A stretch of 64,000 bases of DNA from the NCBI GenBank assembly GCA_010093815.1, contig ML996576.1; one strand, 5' to 3'. A program made the translations under genes and the position numbers. The notes beneath the pieces were generated by a model. That model made no database searches, had not been told where the DNA came from, and worked only from the letters and a program-made list of their open reading frames with translations. Position 1 is the stretch's first letter. Every line of letters begins with the position of its first letter. Shown piece after piece: positions 37,423 through 50,633 of this stretch. The stretch is from Pseudovirgaria hyperparasitica (taxonomy: Eukaryota).

Positions 37423-39428
37423 TCAGTTCCAGTAGCTTCTGTTCCTCGTCGGAAATGGGATATCATCCTCCACCGTCTCGAGAATGATCTCCTCCTCACC
37501 GCCCCGCGTTGCGTTCTTCTTCGCTTTCTTGGTCTTCTTCTTACCCACGCCCGGCACATCCTGCCCGACTGCACCTGCTCCGTTGTTCGCGTCTTTCTGC
37601 CCTGTTCCACCCGCCGCAATCTTCTTCTGTCGTTCCGTCTCCGTGTATTCCTTCCTAGCTGCCTCGATCTCGGTCTGCATTTCCGTACTTTTGGCCTCTA
37701 GTTCCGCCTCCAGCTTGCGAGGGTCAATCAGGTCCTCCTCCCTGCCATCGCTTTCGCGTAGATACTTCTCGATATCGAGCGAGGTCTTGACCTGTCCGAC
37801 AAGTGCTGCTCGGACGAGTGAAGGATTTGCTCGCTCCTCGCGTGTGAATTTGCGTTTGATGTTCCGACGTGTGCGCCCTGGAAACATCTTTGATATCATT
37901 CCAAAATCCGTACCAAACATCCCCAATGCTTCGTAAAATTTCGTGTCGTCCTCCACTCCCCATCGATCGTTGGGCGTGGGCCGTCGATCATTCGGATCTC
38001 GCTTGTGATCGAACATGAACGAATGTTGGTTTATCTGCGTCGTGAGGTCGTCTTCCTCAACCACATCGAGAATTTCCTCGTCGCGTGTCGCAGTTGCCCG
38101 CTGGTTGATTACAGTGCTTGCTTCATCAAGCACGAACCTGCCGTCGGCCAATATCCGAAATTGCGGTCCTCTTGTGGTTGTGCTGGATATAAAGTTATCT
38201 TCAGCATCGTCACCACCTTCTGCACCATCTTCACTGCCTGCTCCTGTCTGTTCTTGTTCCTGCGCAGGACGTGGTGCGCTAGCTGGGGGAAACTGCATGC
38301 GTTCTTTGCGCTTGCGCTTGACGTCGTCCCAGTCGATCTTGCGCATAGCTCTCTCTCTTGTGGAAACTTCACCTTCTCTTCTGTCAACGCAGATATCAGT
38401 CATAGTCGTAGAATATACATCAACACGTTTATTCTCCGCATCTTCGGGTGTGGGCGATCGAATCTTCCGTCTGCGCTGATTTTTGACCGGACGTGTGGTC
38501 GAGTTATCTACCTCGTCGTTTTCCAACGCAGTAGTTCCGTCTTCTTCTTCATTTATCGTTGCACTCCGATTATCGTTGCCGCTTGTACGTGCAACACTCT
38601 GTGATGACTCCTGGTCTGGCGATACCACTGCATCTCCATCTGTAGGAGGCGTGTTTGGTGAGACATCTTTGGGTTTCCGCGTTGTACCTTTATCTTTCCG
38701 CACTTTACGTGGCTTTTTGACCGGCGGAGCCGTACCTGACGCTGACGCTGTTCCATCTGTAACTACGTTGCCGACACGTTTTCGCTTTCCCTTACTGCGA
38801 GTAACTACGAGCTCTTCTCCAGCGTTGTCATTCACTGATATGGGCACATCTCTGCTGCTGTTATTTGGCTCATTGTTCTCGTTATTGGTGGCGGCGTGAC
38901 GCTGGACTGATCGGGTTGCAGTGCTAGCTTCGTCTAAGGATGGTGTTTCAGATACCACAGATTCGCTGGGCGCAGGAGTCGAGAGTTGGTAAGATGCTGG
39001 TCCAGTTGTCTGGATTGCAGATGAAAGTGATCTTGTCGTCTCTATTACGGTATGTTGTGTTGGATCCGGTAGCACTGTGAGTCTAGAGACGGATTCGCTT
39101 GCATCCTCTTGAGAATCTTCGTTCGGTGCACTAGGTAATTGTTGTAAAGCTGAAGAACTAGCTTCTGCCGCTGGCGTGGGAATGGATTCGTCTGCATTCT
39201 TGCTGATAGGTTCTTTCGACGTGGACGTAACCTGGTTCTCTCCACTAGGTAGTTGTGGGTCGTTGGTGGGTGCTTGAGGTGTAGACTCTTGAGGTGCTTT
39301 CCGTCGAGCGAAAGCTTTCGGCGCAACAGATTTCTTACCGGACTTATCTGTAGCGGAGTTAGAACCTGACCTGGACGTTCGAGTGCGAGATGTAGGTACG
39401 TACTGACTCTCGAACTACCGTACAACAT
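37423..39428 (-). CDS. BDP1: TFIIIB subunit B'' (Bdp1)
   Basis: SANT domain WGVEDDTKFYEALGMFGTDFGMISKMFPGRTRRNIKRKFTREER. N-terminus MLYGSSRV|NKSGKKSVAPKA via intron 39348-39403. Confidence 0.92.
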
Positions 39429-39860
39429 GGCGGACCTCAGGCGCACATGCGCAGACGGTCATAATCGAGAATTTTAAGCTTCCAGAAATCGCGCGATGGT
39501 GAAGCAGTCCTCGATCAACCGTCAATCCAGTGTCTCGGACACGCGAGAATGCTGCGTCTTCAATTCGTGAACGCCCCACTAGTTATCGCGTTGACTAGTC
39601 GCGCACTGACATTTAGGCCAAGATCTGTCACGTGGCTAAAGGAGAAACCGGCGCCGCGATCTCAACTCACCTCCTACACGCCTCGACACCTTCAAGTCTA
39701 CAAACTCTGCCCACATTCATTCGCGCCGCCTTGTTCTCTGCACCCATGTCTCACGCTTGACCTTCAATCACTTTACTCATCCCGACTGTTTTGCAAGGCT
39801 ATATGGTTCGTCTGCGCAGGTACACAGCCTTGACTTACGTTTCCCATCCTCATTCTGCTC

Positions 39861-42271
39861 ATGAGTCTCGACGTCCACACTGTCGCAGCCCCATCACTTG
39901 GCACTGTCAAGATGGAGGACCGCAAACGCTCCATGGTGCCCGAGCACGATGAGCTGGCTCCTCCCGCAAAGAGACAGGCGATGAGTAACAACGCGAATGG
40001 CACGAAAACCCACCCGGACGCTGATCTGCCTTGGAAAGAAGATCTTGAGGTACCTTAAAAAGACAGCCCACCCTCAGACCGCGACGCACCTAACTTTGTT
40101 GCTACAGAACTTTCAAAAAGATGCCATCCTTCGCCAGCTCCGCGAGTACAAAAGAGAAAAGCAAACATGCGAGTCTCAGATCGCTGAGATGGAGAAGAAA
40201 ATGACATATCACGACGACCATTTGCGTGTGGTTGACTCATGGTTCAATCAGGTAAATATCCTTTCTACGCGTATAGACACAAGATCTCTAACAGAATGAA
40301 AGCTCCTCGATGAGATCAGACTCATGGTCAACGACATTGTCGTGACACGACCACTTCAGCCTAGTAAGCTCCGCACATCTCGAAGTGTTCAGATCCGCTA
40401 CTTACGCAATATAGATGATGCGCTGTTCCCACCATCGCTGTTATTTTCAGACTCAGAGAAGTTTCAAGAACACTTGTCAGACCGTTCTCAAAAGATCAGA
40501 AGCGTCTTGTCAGATCTACTCTCCAAGTCACCTGGTGATGCAAATGCTGAGAAGCTGCAAGAACAATTGTCCAAGCTTCTTGCGCAGGAGAAGGTTACCA
40601 TTTCCGAGCTGCATCGCGTGACTACGGAGAAAGATCAGTTGATTGAGCGTCTGGAGAAGGCTTCGTACCGATATATGGTGGCGGAGAAGAAGCTAGACCG
40701 TGCTAAAAGTCAAGCAGTCGCTAAAATTGAACGACAGGCAATGCAAGGTGCGACCGCAGCGCAGAGCCACGAAGAGCCAAAGGATGTCAAGAAAGAGTCG
40801 ACAGAGGTCAACGGTACCACGGTCCAAGCTCCCGTTAGCGAAGAGTTGTTGTCGGCAAAGAAAGAGGCAGAGGCCATTGCATTGAAGCGCAAGGAGCAGC
40901 TAGACAAACTCGATGCGGAGAACCAGAAACTGACCGCCGAATTGACGCAACTAAAGGTGAGGCTTAGCGGGCTCTCGGACGAAGATTATTCCAAGACAGA
41001 GCTGTTCAAAGGCATGAAGTCGCAGTATGACGAAGTGATACGACGCATCAATGACCTGACCGCGGTCAATAACACCTTGCGTGAGGAAGCACAAAAACTG
41101 CAGCAGGAGAGGACACAGTACCGCATCCAGGTTGATGAGGAGACTCGGGTCAGCATACAAAACTCCGAAACGCAACTTTCAAAGGCGGAAACAGATCTCA
41201 GTCGAATCCGAAACTCACGAGATGAATATCTTGCTGATGTCACTATCCGGAAAGCTGCAGCCGAGGAGCATAAGACATCGTTTGGACAGATCCAAGACTT
41301 GGCAAAAGCCAGCGACGACAGAATCAAGGCCTTGGAACTGGAGGTCGAACGCCTCAAGGTCCAGATTGGCGAGCAACAAGCTTCTGGAGAGCGTGCGGAT
41401 CTGGAGCAGATGGATGCTGATCAGCTACGTGGCAAGATCGTTAATCTCGAAAAGGAATATGCTCTCGTCTTGGAAGAAATGCCGTCGCTGGAAGTCGCAT
41501 ACAAGAAGGCGCAAGCGATTGCATCCAAAAAGACGGCTGAACTTGTTGCCTGGGAAGAGCAGATTGCAAGGCTGAATGCGGAGAAAGCAAAGGCAGATCA
41601 GAAGTTCTTTGGCGCTATGAAGGCAAAGGAGGCACGTGAGCAAGAGTCGAGGCTTTTGCGAGCCCAGAATCTCAAGAGCGCGGAGATAATCACCCAACTG
41701 AAAGAGGCCGAGACGAGCAGTCGAAACCTTGCGGTGAACCTTGAGAAGCAGCTCACAGAAACCAAGGAAGCAGTCAATTCAACAACTAGCCAGGTTCGCA
41801 CGACGCAAGCAACCATGACTAAACATCTCTCGGTGGCCGAAGGTTTCGTGTCTCAGATAGCAGAGCTGAAGAAGGTCGTGTCCTCCAAAGACGCTACATG
41901 TACGGCGGCCTGCCAGGCACAGCGGGAGGCCGAGGTCAAGATTGAGCAGCTTCAAATACAAGTGGACGACTCGAACAAACAGATTGAAGAGTGGAAAGCA
42001 CGGAGCCAGGGGAAGCAGACAGATACAGAAGGACAGTTGCGGGTGAGTTGTCTTGAAGTCACCAGTTTGTGTGCCTATGCTAAATCCCTGACAGCAAATG
42101 GTCCTGTGTACGATCTGCCGGCGAAACTGGAAGAACACATGCATCAAGCTCTGTGGACACGTCTTTTGCCAAGAGTGTGTGGATGAGCGCGTACAGTCTC
42201 GGTCACGGAAGTGTCCTGGGTGCGGCAAATCCTTTGGAGCGAACGACACCATGCGCGTGCACTTGACCTGA
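39861..42271 (+). CDS. BRE1: E3 ubiquitin ligase Bre1 (H2B monoubiquitination)
   Basis: FQKDAILRQLREYKRE, long coiled coil, EKAKADQKFFGAMK, and C-terminal RING CTIC...CGHVFCQEC...CPGC. Introns 40050-40107, 40252-40302, 40364-40414 and 42043-42094. Confidence 0.95.
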
Positions 42272-43207
42272 GGCTTTCTCAGCTTGTGCAAAAAGAGAAG
42301 ATCAAACACCCTGTACAACACCCTGCGATGACACCAATCCAGTTGTTTCGTCGATGAGCTTCAATCGTTGATGGCTTAGTTTTTGGGGGCCACGGCAGAC
42401 GGACCTGTCTGGCACACACACAGAGAGAGAGACAAACGTGCGCGATAGATTACCAGCGCCGCCAACGCTGTGCATTCTCCATTTCCTGGAGCATAGGCCG
42501 TTGTCGTTTTTGGCGGAATTATCAGCTTCTGCGCCGTGGTGGGTGCATTGGTTTCGCGCTTCTTGCTTTTTTCTTCGTTCTTTTAAGTGTATTATATGAG
42601 GGGCCATATTGCAGTGACTTTGGGGGGGGGGGGTTTATTGGGTGGGTGCTGTCTGTAGGGAGCAATCGAAGAATCGAAGTCGAACCGGACGATGGATGGG
42701 ACAAATGCCGCGCTACGGAGGAGAAGAAGCGAACCGCGATCACGTTTGATATGTCCATATAGTACAGTACAGTACAGTAGCAGCTTGATTGTATGCTACA
42801 GAGCAGGTCTGCGGTGCGTGGCATGGCATGGCATGGCATTGTGGTAGTCGTAGTGGTAGTATTAGTAGTAGTATTATATTTGAAGACTATCCGCGTGCGT
42901 TGCGTTTTATTCTGCTCCTGTATACCGTTAACGACACGGGACATCAGCTACAAACAGACAGAACATGTCAATCAACCGCTCTGGTACAATAAAGAAAACT
43001 ATCTAAACTGATTCGAGCATGCCTCGCCTTTGTATCTTTGTCCTACATAACGCTCCCCCTCAACAACACCAACCCCAGCTTCAATCTTCCGAACTCTGAA
43101 CTGGACCTCGAACACCTAGGCCATAAACAACAACCACTTGATTCTTCTGGTCTACCTCCATGTGATCAACAAACGATACAGGCCGGATACACTACTTACT
43201 ACCGGTA

Positions 43208-43210
<3 letters not shown>

Positions 43211-43260
<50 letters not shown>
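43211..43260. repeat. (CT)n microsatellite
   Basis: Perfect CT run of ~50 bp. Confidence 0.95.
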
Positions 43261-43263
<3 letters not shown>

Positions 43264-43591
43264 GATCGTGATATACTAAGCTACAGGCGTGCTAGGTATG
43301 GGGGGAGTGGTGTTGGGGCGTGGTACGGGGGAGTGGTATAGGGGATAGTGCATGAGTGCCAGCATACACAAGGACTAGCACCAACACGCAGCAACATACC
43401 ATCCAGATCCAAATAACGGATGTAAAATATGGATACGGGGGGAATGGATAAGAGGATATGGTAATAGAAGACTACGGAATAGTACAACGGCGAGAAAGAG
43501 CATATTAAGGCGGTGATGAAAGGATAGGAAAGGAATTGCATTCCAAAAAAACAAACGACTGCTTCGGGGGGTATCTAGTAATAGTACAAGG

Positions 43592-43592
<1 letters not shown>

Positions 43593-43639
<47 letters not shown>

Positions 43640-43750
43640 CCACGAACAGACAGACAACTACCAAGTAAACCAAGCAGCGTCTGGAAGCGATGGAAGGATA
43701 GGATAGGATAGGATAGGAGAGTATCGAATAGGACAAGACAAGACAAGACA
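43593..43750. repeat. (GACA)n, (GGATA)n and (GACAA)n microsatellite cluster
   Basis: Tandem units directly visible. Confidence 0.9.
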
Positions 43751-44849
43751 ACACACCCACCAAAAAGCACGAACACAAACACAACAATCACCAAGCTCAC
43801 AAAAACAACCCCTCTTCCCCCCCAAGAAAACGAGCACGACAAAGAAGTGTATGTGTATGGTATGGTATGTGTATGATATGCATGCATGTATACATGTACG
43901 TCCATACAAATCGATCATTCATTCATTCATTCATCCTTTCTTTCACTTTCACAATCACATTCACAAACAGACTCATTTTTTTTTTTGGTAAATTCATCCT
44001 TTGCAATTTATAAAAATATAAACATACAAAGTTTCCTTCCTTTCCTTCTCTCCTTCTTGTCTTCTCTCTCCTTCTGGATTCAGCGATTCAGTGATGCAAT
44101 GATTCAGTTACTTCAGATCCAGGCCACGCTTCTCTGTGAGCACATACACACTTCCACACACACACAGACACACCCACACCCACACCCACCCACCTCATCC
44201 GCCAGCTGTTCAAAGTTACGCTAATGTAACCACCAGACCTGAACCGGGCGTACGCGCGCGCGTGCATGCATGTGTGTTTTGTGTGTGTGTGTAAAGTGAC
44301 CAAAAAAAAAGACAAAAGATCAAAAGACGTTTGAAAAAAACAGGGCGCCAGTGGTATGCGTTTAAAGCTTCTTGCCCTTAGTTGTAACCCCAACTCACTC
44401 ACTCACTCATTCACTCCGCCACTATCAAAACCATGCTTGCAAACTCGAGACCCCCTTTTCTACTCGGGAGGACACAATACAGTAGAGTGTTGTTGCGCAA
44501 GATCAGTTGGTTAGTTACTTGGTGGTCGCTTTCGAAAATGTGTTGTTCCCTTTGCTCTTTCTCTCTGCAGATATTTGCAAGAGTTGCTGTAGAACTTTGG
44601 CGGCGCAAAGTGTGTGTGTGTGTGTGCGCCGGATCGTCTCTCGCCAAAAGGGAATCTCTAAAAGACATGCCAGTACCAGGACGCCGGGGAGAATCGCACG
44701 AACGCTGTGTGTGCAAATAACGTGTTACAAGAAGTGTGTGTGTTTGTTTGTATTTGTTTAGAGAGCCGCTGTATATCGGGCTTCATAGGGGACAGTCGCA
44801 TCATCCTGATCTGATGTTAGGCGATTGGTCTGGCCTGGTAGCATATGGA

Positions 44850-47800
44850 CTACTTACGCCCAGATGTCATCGGCGTCGCGGCACCCGAGGCCTGCGCCGT
44901 GCTTTGCCCATCAGCGCTCGTTCCGTCTTCGTAGTTCTGGAACTCTGGGAACTGCTCCGTCTCCTCGCGCAAGCGCTGGTACAGTGTCGACTCAATGTTA
45001 TTGGCGTCGTTGTACAGCCAGCTGCCCTCTTCGTTGTACGTCCGGCAATTGTTGCAGAGCGTCTTGATGTCTGCGACAAACTCCTTCAAGCTCTGGTAGT
45101 GCTTCTTGTTGATCTTCTTCTGCACGTCGTTCATGCAGATGGGCTTCTTGATGATCTGGTAGTAGTCCGGGTAGTCGTTACGGTCTGGTAGCTCGATGAA
45201 CAAGTCGATGACGCCGCGCGGAAGATCGCCGGGCTGGCCTTGCTCTTCGAGATTGATCAGTGCCTCGTAGACTTTCTCGAGAATGTCCTGGATGTTGTCG
45301 CGGTCCTTTGGAGACAGTGTCTCTACGATCTTTGCTTGCGCGGCACCGCGGCCTCGCTTCTTGGGCGGAGCAACGACGTCACCATCGTCAAGAGAGGCAT
45401 CATCCGCATTTCGCTTACCAGCCTTCTTGTTGCGCCCTCGCTTCTTGGGAGGAGGTGACTCTGACGAATCACGCGAAGGCGCCGGGGAATCCTTCCCGAC
45501 CCCAGATTGTCTCTGCAGCTTCCGAGCCATCCTCGCCTCCTTGCGGGCCACGGCAGCTTCAATCGAGTCCTCATCGTTGTCAACAGCCTCCAGCCATTGC
45601 TCTTCGGTAAGACCATCATCATACTTGACGCGTGTACGTTCACGAGCGCCACGACCGATTGGCTCTTCAATCTCTTCAACAACGGGCACGTCATCAGTGA
45701 GATAGATTTCCGGTAACTCGGCCTCGCTCATCAGACGCGGATATTTCTGGGTTGGACCATATTCATCCTTTGCCGCTCGGTCTCTGTCCATCTGTTGGAA
45801 GATCTCCAGCTCTTTGTCAGATCGCATCATGATCAAGTTCAGGTCGTCATCGTCCTGCTCGTCTTCTTCCATATTCTCAGCCGCTTCGACAGACTCCAAC
45901 ATGACCCTGAGCATGCTATCACGCTCTTCGTTCGTCGATTTGTTGTCGAATTTACCGGCTTGGATGACCTTGCCGTCCATGTCGAGCTTGAAGTTTGCTC
46001 TCTCGAGAATCTTCTCTTCCACCGAGTTTGACGTAATCAGTCGCAAGATGCGCACCTCATTCTTCTGTCCGATACGGTGAGCACGATCCTGGGCCTGCAA
46101 ATCCTGGTGAGGATTCCAGTCCGAGTCGTAGATGATGACGGTGTCAGCAGTCTGCAAGTTCAAGCCAAGACCACCGGCACGGGTAGACAGCAGGAAGATA
46201 AAGTACTCGGAGCCCGGTGCGTTGAACACGCGTAGCAATTCTGAACGGTCATCCGACTTTGTCGAACCGTCCAAGCGGAGATACTTGATGCCTCTGAGGC
46301 GCAGGAAATCTTCCATAATGTTCATGATCTGTGTCATTTGGAAGAACATCAGGACTCTGTGACCAGTCGCGTAAAACTTGGGAAGAACCCTGTCCAGGAG
46401 CTCGAATTTACCAGCCGTTCTCCACAAAGAGTCGTTGGTTCCTCTCGTTGGGTTGACCTGGTCCTCCACCTCCTCGAATACGAACGGATGGTTGCACACT
46501 TTTCGCATCTGCATCAACATGTTGCTGAGACCGCGCATACCCGTCTTGCCACCTTTGCCGTCGCTGACCATAAGCTTGTTGGTGGTCGTAAGTTGAGTGT
46601 AGAGCTTCTTCTGCAGGGAGGACATGTTGCACTTGATGACTCGTTCTTGCTTATCGGGAAGATCCTTCTCGACATCCTTCTTCAGACGACGGAGCAAGAA
46701 TGGCCTGAGGACCTTATGCAGACGACGAATCACAAGCAACGACTCTTCTTCAGTCAACTCCATCTTATCCTGACCACCCGTGTTCGCAAACGGGGTATTG
46801 AACCATTCGTCAAACGACTTGACCGACTTGAAGATGGTGGGCAGGACGAAGTTAAGAAGCGCCCAAAGTTCAGGAAGATTGTTCTGGAGCGGTGTACCAG
46901 TCAGGATAATGCGGTACTTTGTCACGTAGTATTGCGTGATTGTACTGCTCAATTTCGAGTTCGCGTTCTTCATACGATGACCTTCGTCGACAATCATATG
47001 CAGCCATTTGATTTTACTCAGCACAGGCCGGTCTTTGATGATGAATTCGTAAGTCGTCAGGAGGACCTGGAATTGGCCGTACCGAATCTGAGCTTGTTGC
47101 GTTTTACGCTGGGCGGGAGGACCCTTGTAGACGATGCGCGTCACGCTAGGAGCCCACTTTTCAAACTCGTTGTTCCAATTGGTGAGCGTACTTAGAGGTA
47201 CAACGACCAGGTACGGCCCAGCCTGCTGTTTCTTCTCGATGAGGTACGTTATCAGTGAAATCGTCTGGATCGTCTTTCCCAGACCCATCTCGTCGGCAAG
47301 AATACCGTTGAGATTGTTGTTGTACAGAGACAACATCCATTGCAGACCTTTGAGTTGATACTCCTTCAGAGTGCCACCGACGAGGTTAGTGGATTGCGCG
47401 ACGACATCTTCCTTGATCTTGTGGGCAACCTCATAGTAGTCGACCTTGGCGGCCTTGTCTTCGTCGTCCTCATCGTCATCTTCTTCCGAAGAGCTATCAT
47501 CCGCGGCAGCACCTCCGTAGCGGTTTGCGGTGCTCCGTTGCTGGGCCTTGACGGAAGAGGCAAGTTCTTTCAAGAAACCATCGGTCTGCTTAAGCAGATG
47601 GGAGATACGAGTGTCCTTGGCTTGACCAAGCAGTCTCAGATAAGTCTCCTCGTCGTTGGCTTTGAGGGCCTGCAGACGCTGTTTCGCAGTGCGCTCCACA
47701 CGTTTCTGCTCTTCCTTCTCGATAGTCTGGTGGGTCTGCAGCATTGTGCGACCCAGCTTCTGCAGCCGCGCCCGATGGTCAAGGCCGGCCTTGTGAACGT

Positions 47801-49286
47801 CTTGACTTTGGCGCAAGACGGAGTCCAAGTAGTCGGTGTGCTTCTTCCTTTCCTTGTTCTCCCGGACCTCGCGCTGTTGCTTCTCGAGCTTCTCGGTGAT
47901 ACGCGCCTCTCTGAGGGACTGCTTCTTGATGCGGCGGTAGTTTGCACGATTGGCAGTCATCGCCAAATTATCAGCAGCGATCATCTCGCGTGCAATAGAT
48001 TGACGAAGCGCCTTCTGTTTCGATAACAGGCGCAGCTTCTTGTACTCGATAAGGGTCTTGAGTTTGAGAGAGCCAGGATCAGTGGGGGCGTCGCTTTTGC
48101 TCGTGTCCCACACGCCGATATTGGCCGGCAATTTCTCCAGCTCGCTGAGACGGTTCTGAATACGATTAAAGACTATGTTCTCCCGTTCTTCCCGTATCCG
48201 ATCGACATCCACTCCGGTTGGCATGATGCTCGGAATGATCGGCCTCTTATCCCGCCTGGAATGAGCGGCATAGTTGACTGTTCGCGGAAGGAGCGCCCAA
48301 GGCGAGGTGAATGTCTCGTAGGGTTTGTGATCCAGGGATGCTGAGGCCGACGCGTCTTTAGCTGGCGACCTGGTGGACTCTCCAGTTTCGGAACGGGAAT
48401 GCTCTGCGTGCACCTCTGGTAAAGAAGCAATTTTCTTGGAGGGAAACAGGGCTTGCTGCATGTTGGGCGCCAGCGGCAAGCCCTTGGAGAGTCTTTTGAA
48501 GGCAGCAATCTGGTTGCGAAGGGTGAAGAGCTGCTCCTGGCTGAAGACGGTGCTGCTAGTGCTTCCGGGTCCAGATTTGGCATCAGTACCAGCGGCAGGC
48601 GACTGCTGACCTGGAGCCTGGGACGAGGCAGGAACAGACGTCGAGACGGGCGGTGGAATTTTACTTTCGGTGGGAGGGGCGCTGGTCCCATTGGAAGAAG
48701 GGGGCATATGGCTAGAGCCATTGAGCTGCTGTGGTTGCGAGACTTGGGACTGTGGCTGGACAGGAAAGCCCTGCTGGGTGTGTTGCTGCTGTTGCATCTG
48801 TTGCATCATCTCGGCGCGTTTACGCTGCATTGCCTGCTGGCTCTGTAATCGCTGAAGGAAAGTGCGTGTCTTTATAAAGTCTGGATCGTTCTCGGGAGTC
48901 CCGTTATTCTTCATCGTCTGATATTTCTAGTGCATATGTCAGTAATGGTTTCGCGCGCAAACATGAAAGTATCCAATGGGGAGCGCATGTTTTCTCAGCA
49001 CGTCGTACAGTCGGGGTATGGCTGCGCTCCGACCTTGAACATTTCTAGAAGTTTGACAATGCCGGGAAAGAAAACCAAGTGGCGGCTTAGCAAAACAACA
49101 AAACAGTTCCTACCCATCGCGCGCGCAGACATCGTCCCAGAAACATAAAAAGCCATACGCGTGAAGGGAATAGACAGCGTATTGACATACCATAAACATC
49201 TGCTGGACAGCCTCCTTGGTCATGCCCTGAGGCCCACCCATGGCTCCCTGCGGAGGCATGTGGTTCGTAGGCTGTACAGAAGCCAT
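44850..49286 (-). CDS. STH1/SNF21: SWI/SNF-family (RSC) chromatin-remodelling ATPase
   Basis: QLQ-like and HSA regions, GILADEMGLGKT, DEGH, STRAGGLGLNLQ, QAQDRAHRIGQ, SnAC and bromodomain (YPDYYQIIKKPI). First exon 49286-49191, intron 48927-49190. The 3' end may extend a few codons past a GTAAGT donor at ~44857. Confidence 0.95.
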
Positions 49287-50633
49287 GCTGTAACGAGCAC
49301 TGTTGACAAGTCTCCTACTTCCTTCACACAGCCCTCAATGCGAATGCGCGCGTTGTGTGCTTGTGCTTGTGTCTGTGTACGTGTGTGAACGCGAAAGAAG
49401 GCCCCGGTGCACTATGAGTGAAAAGTGTGCGTGAATGTCATTGACCAGGCGCGCGTGAGCGGGAGGATGGGGATGACGGTAGGGTGCGAGGGAGGACGCT
49501 GGACAGCGGCCAGGGAAGTCCGAGTGAATTGAGAGATGCGACGAGAAAAGTTGGAGATGGGGTCGTGCGGTGATGCGAGAAGCGGGTTCGCGCGTTGATT
49601 GAGTCGGCGGACGGTTGCGAGGCTGACGGGACAGGGAGAGAAAAGGGTTTAAAAAATGAAGGGCAGAGAAGAGGGATGCGCGACGACGACGCGTCGAAAG
49701 GAAGAGGTGAAGAGGTGAAGCCGGGCGGTCAAAGGCGGTATTGAGGATGGAGATGGGCAAGCGATGGTGGGTAGTGGTTTTGTCGCTGGCGGTGACCTGA
49801 CGGAGCGTGTGAGATTGTGAGGAGCCAGGAGGAACACTGGCAGGACGGGCGGGCGGCCCAAGTCGGATTACTAAGGGGGGCCTCACGTGAGCGCACATTG
49901 TGGGCAAGTGATATTCTACAGGAGCGGTTTGCAAGAAGAGTTTTGAATTGCAGTCTGGTGCTGAATGGGATATCTAACAGTCTCGTCGTGCAAGCAGTGA
50001 GTGGGAGCGGAGCACATTGTACAGATGGACCATTAATAGCGCGCGTGTCAGCCCTGGGCCTGGCGATGCAATGGCAGAGGTAGAGAGGCAGAGGCAAAGG
50101 GGAGACTAAATGGCTAAAAGACTAAAACGCTGGCCAAGTTGTATAGTAAGCTGCCCATTGGTTCATCTCCCGTCCGTCACACGTCTCATTTGCCCGTCTG
50201 GAGGCCCTGGTCGTGTGTTTATAGACGTGTTATAGGTAGCAATATAGAGAGTATAGTACTGCGCTGGCGGTGATGTGATGCCGGGTAGGGCGCATCACGT
50301 GATATGTAGTCAGTACATAGTGCCGAAAGTCTTGCTATCGCCAGTCACGATCTATAGCTGCTTAGTCTTTGCATCTTGAGCATATATTATAGACCAAAGA
50401 CTCGATTCGATACCTCACAGGCACAAATCGCTGCATCATGCGTATGATCGCGTCCCGCTTCGTACACACGTCCCGATGTAGCTAGCGCACTTCTCGGCTG
50501 AACAGTGGGTACACTCATAGGGCTGAACTAGCGCCCTTCCGTACAATCTGCTCTATACGCATCCAAACTCCAAAAACTATACTACACTCTCAATCCACTC
50601 CCTCCTACACACACGCACACACGCACACACATC

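Noticed and set aside
84..40414. Apparent excess of stop-free 3n introns (ADE5,7, Myb-like, 22.7 kb orphan, Zn2Cys6, BRE1)
   Set aside because: About five among roughly forty short introns is near chance expectation. Only the Zn-cluster case is kept as a finding.
42500..44800. Many short ORFs between BRE1 and STH1
   Set aside because: They are low-complexity products of microsatellites with no codon bias or motifs.
45240..48860. Long antisense ORFs over STH1 (similarly over NmrA, CWC2, SARAF, HOM3, FUR1)
   Set aside because: Expected shadows of GC-rich, biased codon usage on the opposite strand.
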